Part shown: in pieces, positions 58,206-64,000 of the stretch
Position numbering within the stretch: the first letter of the stretch is position 1
How the letters are laid out: each line of letters begins with the position of its first letter
From: a virus
Length of the DNA: 64,000 nucleotides
Reading direction: 5' to 3' (one strand)
IMG/VR virus record: IMGVR_UViG_3300047160_036265
The notes under the pieces: generated by a model
What the model saw: only the letters and a program-made list of their open reading frames with translations
Told to the model about the DNA's origin: nothing
Databases searched by the model: none
Made by a program: the position numbers and the translations under genes

Positions 58206-60281
58206 TCACAGCATCCTCTTCAGGTCGTCCAGGGAAAGCTGCGGAATGCCCAATTCCTGGGCCTTCTGCTGCTTGGAACCGGCGTCCGTGCCGACCACAA
58301 CGTAGTCGGTCTTCTTGGACACGGAGCCGCCGCACTTGCCGCCCAGGTCTTCCACGGCCTTCTGCCAGTGGTCCTTGCCCTCCGGGAAGCCGCCGGTGAA
58401 CACAAACGTCTTCCCGGTCAACTTGCCGGTCTTGGGCAGCACCGGCTCGACGTGCTGGAGCAGGTCATCGACCAGCCGCCCGTGCCGGCGGAACCAGTCG
58501 TAGAGAATCTGGGCAGTCTTCTCGCCCACTTCCTCCACGTCCTCCAACTGCTGCACCGTGGCGGTGCGAATATAGTCGAGGCTGCGGAAGTGACTTTCCA
58601 GCGCCCGCCCGGCGCTCTTGCCTGCCGTGGGGATGCCCAGGCTGGCGAGGAACTGCCACAGCGGAACCTTGTGCTTCTGCTTCGCCGCCTTCTCGATGGC
58701 GTCCGACAACGGCTGCTTCCCCTTGATCTTGTCCGGGGCGTCGATCATGTGGATACGAGCCACGACAAGGAACTGCGAGCGAAACTCCTTCTTGGTGTTG
58801 TGCGGGTCTTCGCCATCCAGCTTGATAAGGTCCGCCACCTGCAAGGTGTAGAAGTCCGCCGGCCCCTTGACCAGCTTGGCCTCATATAATTTGCCCACCG
58901 TCGCGTCCGACAGACCCTTGACGCCGAAGGTGGTCAGGTAATGGCACAGGCCCGCCACCGCCCGCTCCCCACAATAGTCGTTGGGGCAGAACAGCGATTC
59001 CTTGTTGTCGTCGCCGGTGCGAACACTGAGCGGATAGGCACAGGTCGGGCAGTTCTTGGGCCAGGGGAAGGTGGTCTGGCCCCGGACGACCTTGTGGCAC
59101 TTGGGGATGATCTTCCCTGACTTGATGACTTCGATCTCGGTGCCGACACCGATCTTGTTCTCGTTGATATATCCGTAGTTGTGGCCCGTGCAGCAAGTGA
59201 CACTGGTGCCGGCCAACTGGACCGGATTTTCAAAAATCAAAACCGGGGTCACATGGCCGGTCCTGCCGACGTTCAACTCGAACGCCTTGATACGGGCGAT
59301 AGCGATTTCCTCGGAGAACTTCCAGGCGATCTTGCCCTTGGGGTTGCCGTTGGGGGAATTGCCGTGGGTGCCAAGCTGCTCCTGGTCCTCCAACTCCGAC
59401 ACGGACACCACCACGCCGTCCACTTCGTAGTCCAGGGTCGGGGCCAGCTTCTCCATCATGGCCAGGTCTTCGTAGCGGAAAGGGCGAACCTGGACATAGG
59501 GAATGCCCAGGGTCTTGGCGCACCACTTGGCCCGCTCGATCTCGTTCTTGTAAGGCGGGTTGGCGAGGCCGAAGATGGAGTAAGCGCTGAAGGACAGCTT
59601 GCGGTCCTTGGTGATGGTGGGGTCGGTGAACTGGCGGATGCTGCCGGTGGCGTAGTTGCGTGGGTTGGCGAAGGTCTTCTCACCCCTGGAGGCAAGCTCG
59701 GCGTTCAACTTTTCAAAAACGCTCTTCTTGCAGACGATCTCGCCCCGGATGCAGCAGGAAATACTGATGGGCAGGGTGGTAGGCACGCCCTCGACGTACT
59801 GGATATTTTCCGTCACGTCCTCGCCGTTGATGCCGTCACGAGGCCGTAGGCCGGCGCGAATCAGCTTGCCGTGCTGATAATAGATGGCGACGGCCACGCC
59901 GTCCCACTTGAATGCCTGGACATATTGCCGGCCCCGGCGCTTCTCGTCATAGGTCAGAGCGCTGTCGCAGTTGCCCAGCCACTCGTTCAGGGCCTCCTCG
60001 CGCTCCTCCAGCGGCCCGATGGCCTTGGAGATGCTGGTCATGGGCGGATAGTGCTTGACCTTTTTGGCCGCACCGTCGAAGTCCGCCGATGAAGGCTTCT
60101 TCAACTCCTTGGAGTCGGGGCGAATCGTGGCCAACCGCTTCACCAGCAGGTCATATTCCGGGTCTGCGACCACCACCTTGGTGTCGGGGTGGATGCAGGG
60201 TTCGCCCTGCTCGTAGAGGTTGTCCAGGTGACGCTTGATGCGCTCCAGGTCGTTCGCTTCTTGGGCCAGGTCAACGGTCAT
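58206..60281 (-). CDS. ligA: NAD-dependent DNA ligase
   Basis: Adenylation motif FKWDG (KxDG), OB fold, Zn finger CPTC..CPNDYC, HhH repeats, and a C-terminal BRCT (KTFVFTGGF..GGSVSKKTDYVVVG); 691 aa. Confidence 0.85.
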   Translation of the reverse strand: MTVDLAQEANDLERIKRHLDNLYEQGEPCIHPDTKVVVADPEYDLLVKRLATIRPDSKELKKPSSADFDGAAKKVKHYPPMTSISKAIGPLEEREEALNEWLGNCDSALTYDEKRRGRQYVQAFKWDGVAVAIYYQHGKLIRAGLRPRDGINGEDVTENIQYVEGVPTTLPISISCCIRGEIVCKKSVFEKLNAELASRGEKTFANPRNYATGSIRQFTDPTITKDRKLSFSAYSIFGLANPPYKNEIERAKWCAKTLGIPYVQVRPFRYEDLAMMEKLAPTLDYEVDGVVVSVSELEDQEQLGTHGNSPNGNPKGKIAWKFSEEIAIARIKAFELNVGRTGHVTPVLIFENPVQLAGTSVTCCTGHNYGYINENKIGVGTEIEVIKSGKIIPKCHKVVRGQTTFPWPKNCPTCAYPLSVRTGDDNKESLFCPNDYCGERAVAGLCHYLTTFGVKGLSDATVGKLYEAKLVKGPADFYTLQVADLIKLDGEDPHNTKKEFRSQFLVVARIHMIDAPDKIKGKQPLSDAIEKAAKQKHKVPLWQFLASLGIPTAGKSAGRALESHFRSLDYIRTATVQQLEDVEEVGEKTAQILYDWFRRHGRLVDDLLQHVEPVLPKTGKLTGKTFVFTGGFPEGKDHWQKAVEDLGGKCGGSVSKKTDYVVVGTDAGSKQQKAQELGIPQLSLDDLKRML

Positions 60282-60768
60282 CGTCTTCTCCCACGGGTTT
60301 TAGTTTCAAGCCCAGGGCCTTCGCCCTTTTTTCAATTTGCCGGCGGGCTTCCTCGGTTGCCTTATTGCGAGTCACTGCGGCCCACTCGGCAAATTCCTTC
60401 TTCGTTGCTTCCGGCAAGAAGAGTTTCTTCGGCACCCAAAAATGGTGACAACGGCTTCGCGCCGGCGCACCCGGACACCCCTCTGATTCGTCAAAGCTGC
60501 TGACTTCCGCACCCTTCCAGTCGGTGGCGATGGTCAGCATCACATATTCATCGGAGCGGACGAAGGCGGATTTGACATCCATCTTGTGGCCGGTGCCACG
60601 GTAGCAGCGCAGGCGTGGATATTCCTCGTCAAAGTCGTCCGGCCCCAGGGGGCTTTTCCCTGGCTTGTCCAGAACCTCGAACAGCCAACGGACGAACGGC
60701 GATTTCCGCACCGCATCCTTGGCTTCCTTCTCGGCCTGGTTCCATGCCTGGATTTTCTCAAGGATCAT
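60271..60768 (-). CDS. hypothetical protein
   Basis: Start set at MILEKIQAW... Confidence 0.45.
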   Translation of the reverse strand: MILEKIQAWNQAEKEAKDAVRKSPFVRWLFEVLDKPGKSPLGPDDFDEEYPRLRCYRGTGHKMDVKSAFVRSDEYVMLTIATDWKGAEVSSFDESEGCPGAPARSRCHHFWVPKKLFLPEATKKEFAEWAAVTRNKATEEARRQIEKRAKALGLKLKPVGEDDDR

Positions 60769-60769
60769 A

Positions 60770-61183
60770 TTAGTTCCTGCTCTCGCCCCACCGCCGCAGC
60801 TTTTCCGGCCACTTGCTCTGGTCACGGTTGCGCTGGAAATATTCGTGCATCTTCACCAGCAGGTCGCCGTCGATGAGGAAATTGCCGCCCTTCACGAGAT
60901 CATCCAATGCCTCCGGCGTGCGGGCGGGTTCCTCCAGGTAGATCACCCGATACCCCACCTTTTCAGCGCAACGCTCGGTCAGGATGGCGATTTCCCCTTC
61001 ATGGTCGTAGAGGGGATGCTCGACCACAGCCGTCAGGGTGTGCGCCTCCTTGTCCACCTGATAGGCGACCCCGCAGTTGGGAAACACCATCACCCCGCCG
61101 TTGGTCAGCAGGGCGATGGTGTTGCGCATCCAGTTGATCCAGCCCGGTTCAAGAGGCTGGATGCGGTAGGGATTGGTTTTCAT
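60770..61183 (-). CDS. hypothetical protein
   Basis: 137-aa ORF. Confidence 0.45.
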   Translation of the reverse strand: MKTNPYRIQPLEPGWINWMRNTIALLTNGGVMVFPNCGVAYQVDKEAHTLTAVVEHPLYDHEGEIAILTERCAEKVGYRVIYLEEPARTPEALDDLVKGGNFLIDGDLLVKMHEYFQRNRDQSKWPEKLRRWGESRN

Positions 61184-61224
61184 ACTCCTACCATACCGGC
61201 GATGGAGTTGGGTTGTAAAGGAAA

Positions 61225-62382
61225 CTAAATCCCGCCGTGGGGCTTTTCCGGTTGGGCGCAGCGCTGGAGATATTCCTTCCAGCGACCCCGCTCGAAGAAT
61301 TCCACGGCGTCACAGAACATGACGCCGCAGCGAGCGGCGAAGGTCTTGTCGGTGGTCATATCGCCCACCATGACCACCCGCCGGGGGTCCAGCTTGTATT
61401 TCTCGATCCAGTGGACGCCCATGCCCGGCATGGGCTTGCGACAGTAACAGGTGATGGGGGGAACACGGTGCGGGCAGTAGCCGATCTCGATGTCCACCCC
61501 CAGCATGTCGTTGGTGCGCTCGAAGCAGGCTACGGCGTCTTCGTGGGACAACTCGCCCTTGGCGATGGCCGACTGGTTGCTGGCTCCCAGGAGGCGGAAG
61601 GCGTGCCTCTCGAATTCCTTGAGGACTTCGCTGCGCCCGTTGAGGGTTTCCACGTCGTCGGGGTGGGTTGGCCATTTGTTGCCGGCGCGAGAGCGGCGCA
61701 GGCAGCCGTCGTAGTCCAGCCACAGGCCCTTGTTGTTGTAGCCGGTGGGGCGGCGGACGAAGGGCACCGTGGTGATGTCTGTGAAACCTTCGCTCTTTTC
61801 CGGCTTCTGGTAGTCCTTCCGGTAGGCGAAGAGGACGGCGGGAGGGAAGAGGTTGGGATCACGAGCCGCCTTGATTTCCTCTGGCGAGAGAATCTTGCCC
61901 TTCTTCTCCATCATGCGGGTGCAGGCGTTGTACTGGCTGTCCTCGATAGAGGTTCCCATGACCACAGCGTTGACTGCGAGGCCGTGCTTCCTGCCCAGGT
62001 CGATGAAGGGCTTGCGGCTGGCCCTGGTAGCGAACAGGTTGTCGAGAACGAACGTACCCTGCCCGCCCATGATATAGTTTTCCAGCGGGTGCAGAAGGTC
62101 GTCCACCTTGCCGCTCATCACGTCCCGGTTGAGACGGACGTAGCCCCGTTTAACGTAGTCCTGGGTCACGGTGGTCTTGCCGCTGGCCGGGTAGCCCAGG
62201 ACCAGGACGATCTCGGAGGGCAGGTGCCTCGACTTGGGAGCGGGGGAAGCAGCCATTTCGGTCTTCTTCTGGACGGTGGTGGTGGGTTTCGCCATGATGG
62301 TCCTTTGCAAAGTAAGAGTTGATGCTACTCGTCTTCCTCGTCCTTCTTGGGCGGCAGGGGCTTGGGCTGGACCTTCTGCCAC
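61225..62382 (-). CDS. polynucleotide kinase / 3'-phosphatase (Pnkp-like)
   Basis: N-terminal P-loop kinase VLGYPASGKTT; C-terminal HAD phosphatase motifs WLDYDGCL (DxDG), GASNQS, VMVGDMTTD. Confidence 0.6.
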   Translation of the reverse strand: MAEGPAQAPAAQEGRGRRVASTLTLQRTIMAKPTTTVQKKTEMAASPAPKSRHLPSEIVLVLGYPASGKTTVTQDYVKRGYVRLNRDVMSGKVDDLLHPLENYIMGGQGTFVLDNLFATRASRKPFIDLGRKHGLAVNAVVMGTSIEDSQYNACTRMMEKKGKILSPEEIKAARDPNLFPPAVLFAYRKDYQKPEKSEGFTDITTVPFVRRPTGYNNKGLWLDYDGCLRRSRAGNKWPTHPDDVETLNGRSEVLKEFERHAFRLLGASNQSAIAKGELSHEDAVACFERTNDMLGVDIEIGYCPHRVPPITCYCRKPMPGMGVHWIEKYKLDPRRVVMVGDMTTDKTFAARCGVMFCDAVEFFERGRWKEYLQRCAQPEKPHGGI

Positions 62383-62747
62383 TCCTCGAACAGATATGTC
62401 TCCTGGTTCACACCCCCATCGTTCTCGGCCACCCAGCGTTCCCCCAGAGTCAACATGACGCTCTGTGCTTCGGGCAACTGGCTTTTGGAGTAGTCGTAGC
62501 CCGCCAGCAGGTCTTCGCTGAGGGGCTTCTCGCTGTCGGCGTACTCATCGTGGGAAATACCGAGTAAGACCCGGCCTTCCCAGCGGCGACCGCTATATTT
62601 CAGGCCCAGGTAGTAGCGGTTGCGGCCCTCCACCGTGAGGTAGGCGCGTGGCGGGGTTCCCAGATCAATATACAGCCCATAAGTTTCCCATCGCCCACGG
62701 ACCAGCACACAGCCGTAGAGCTTGTCGTGCCGTTCCAGACGCTTCAT
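62325..62747 (-). CDS. hypothetical protein
   Basis: 140-aa ORF with a Lys/Glu/Asp-rich tail. Confidence 0.4.
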   Translation of the reverse strand: MKRLERHDKLYGCVLVRGRWETYGLYIDLGTPPRAYLTVEGRNRYYLGLKYSGRRWEGRVLLGISHDEYADSEKPLSEDLLAGYDYSKSQLPEAQSVMLTLGERWVAENDGGVNQETYLFEEWQKVQPKPLPPKKDEEDE

Positions 62748-62749
62748 GA

Positions 62750-63127
62750 TTACTGCTCGCTTGCGTGTTCGGCGTCGGCCTTGTCCCGGAGAATGTAGCC
62801 CAGCTTGTCGGCCAGCATCTTGAGAAGTTGATACTGGACCGGCTCCGTGTTATGGCGAAAAGCCAGCACGCTGCCCAGGACGGTGACGCAGTTGCCGCCG
62901 ACCGCACAGAGTACGGAATAGTCGGCGTGATGCTGCTCGACCACCGTGGCGGCGTTGGCGTTGTTGCCAGAGGAAATGTCAATGCCCCGCCCGTCATCGG
63001 GGCGCAGGTTCAAGTCCCTGATCGCCTGAGCGACCTTCTTGCCGAAGTCCTTGTCGTTCTCAATGGCGTGTAGGGCGTCATTGAGAACGATCATGGTTGT
63101 GTTGAAACCCACGTCATCGTCCCTCAT
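62750..63127 (-). CDS. hypothetical protein
   Basis: Start set at MRDDDVGF... Confidence 0.4.
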   Translation of the reverse strand: MRDDDVGFNTTMIVLNDALHAIENDKDFGKKVAQAIRDLNLRPDDGRGIDISSGNNANAATVVEQHHADYSVLCAVGGNCVTVLGSVLAFRHNTEPVQYQLLKMLADKLGYILRDKADAEHASEQ

Positions 63128-63328
63128 TGAGAAGTGCCTCGACAATTTGCGGGAGGCGAACGACCTTGACGATCTTGCCTGCCCGCTCCTTTCCATCTTC
63201 CTTCAGAGCAGCGGCGAACGCCTCCTCCTGAGTCTCAAAGTCCATCGAATAGATGGTCCCGGACATGAGGTTGAGAATGCGGAACACCTTCCGTGCCCCG
63301 CAATAAACGACGGTTTCGTAGATGAAGT

Positions 63329-64000
63329 TCACGGGGTTATTTCCGGGCCAGTTTTCCGCTGGGACGGGCGACGATCCTCGTCGGTCTTTTTGTGGGCCTC
63401 GGTCCAACCGGGCATCTTCTTCGCCATCCACTTGCGAAGGTCATCCATGCTCCACGGCTTGAAGTCGTGCTTGTCCACGCCGATGTCGAGCGTCAGGTTG
63501 TCGCCCCGCTCGTCCTCGTCAAAGTACAGGCCGTGGACATGGCCGTACAGCATCCAACTTCCCTTGTGGGAGCGGTCCCAGGCCCGCATCGGGTAGTGGT
63601 TGAGGAAAATCCACTGCCCATCCACGTTGATGAGGGTCTGATCCTGCACCTGATTGAACAGGGGCCGGTACGAAGAATCGTCGTGGTTGCCCCAGATCAG
63701 GTTGATGGTCTGGCAGTTGATGCGGTCACGAAGCTCACGCGCACGCCGGAGATCGTGGCCCCAGAAGGCATCGCCGCCGTGCCACAGGATGTCATCCCGG
63801 CCCACGCGAGCGTTGATGTTGTCGATCATGACGGAGTTCATCCAGTCGATGGACTCCGGGGAAATGCGCACCTTATGCGGCTCGATCCGCCCAGCATCCG
63901 CCATCGCCATGAGTTCGATTTCACGGCTGTTGACGAAGGGACGACGGCAATATTTGATGATATTGCCGTGGTCGAAGTGCGTGTCTGCGATAAACCAAGT
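63329..64000 (-). CDS. calcineurin-like metallophosphoesterase (partial; N-terminus lies beyond the right edge)
   Basis: The frame stays open upstream of the annotated Met to the window end: ..TWFIADTHFDHGNII (motif I), WHGGDAFWGHD (II), GNHDD (III), GHVHG. Confidence 0.6.
   Translation of the reverse strand, partial: TWFIADTHFDHGNIIKYCRRPFVNSREIELMAMADAGRIEPHKVRISPESIDWMNSVMIDNINARVGRDDILWHGGDAFWGHDLRRARELRDRINCQTINLIWGNHDDSSYRPLFNQVQDQTLINVDGQWIFLNHYPMRAWDRSHKGSWMLYGHVHGLYFDEDERGDNLTLDIGVDKHDFKPWSMDDLRKWMAKKMPGWTEAHKKTDEDRRPSQRKTGPEITP

Overview
High-GC (~60%), phage-like accessory region, probably part of a very large ('huge/jumbo') phage or phage-derived element. Almost every gene lies on the minus strand. 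The window combines three things. (1) A large translation-related repertoire: EF-Tu, ribosomal proteins S12 and L7/L12, class II LysRS, CysRS, a minimal TrpRS-like protein, an AlaRS-catalytic-core-like fragment, and roughly 55-60 tRNA or tRNA-like genes in clusters. Many of these tRNAs are atypical: some carry hairpin insertions in the D-loop or anticodon arm, about ten have G55-type T-loops (UGCGAAU), one has an 8-nt anticodon loop, and some combine a class II body with a class I anticodon. (2) Phage-type nucleic-acid genes: a DnaE-like polymerase fragment, NAD-dependent ligase LigA, polynucleotide kinase-phosphatase, a metallophosphoesterase, RNase H, two HNH endonucleases, two sigma-70/ECF-like sigma factors, and a CobS/CobT-like AAA+/vWA pair. 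(3) Candidate novel modules: a ThiF/E1-like plus JAB/MPN+ metallopeptidase plus small Gly-terminal protein cassette with two tandem Cys-containing paralogs (a ubiquitin-like conjugation candidate); a Ro60/Rsr-like TROVE+vWA protein placed beside a tandem array of tRNA-associated repeat elements (candidate Y-RNA-like RNAs); and three families of short structured repeats scattered around the tRNA arrays, plus several 0.3-0.8 kb structured noncoding regions. All calls come from reading the sequence and ORF translations by eye. tRNA boundaries and anticodons are approximate and should be re-run with tRNAscan-SE or ARAGORN.
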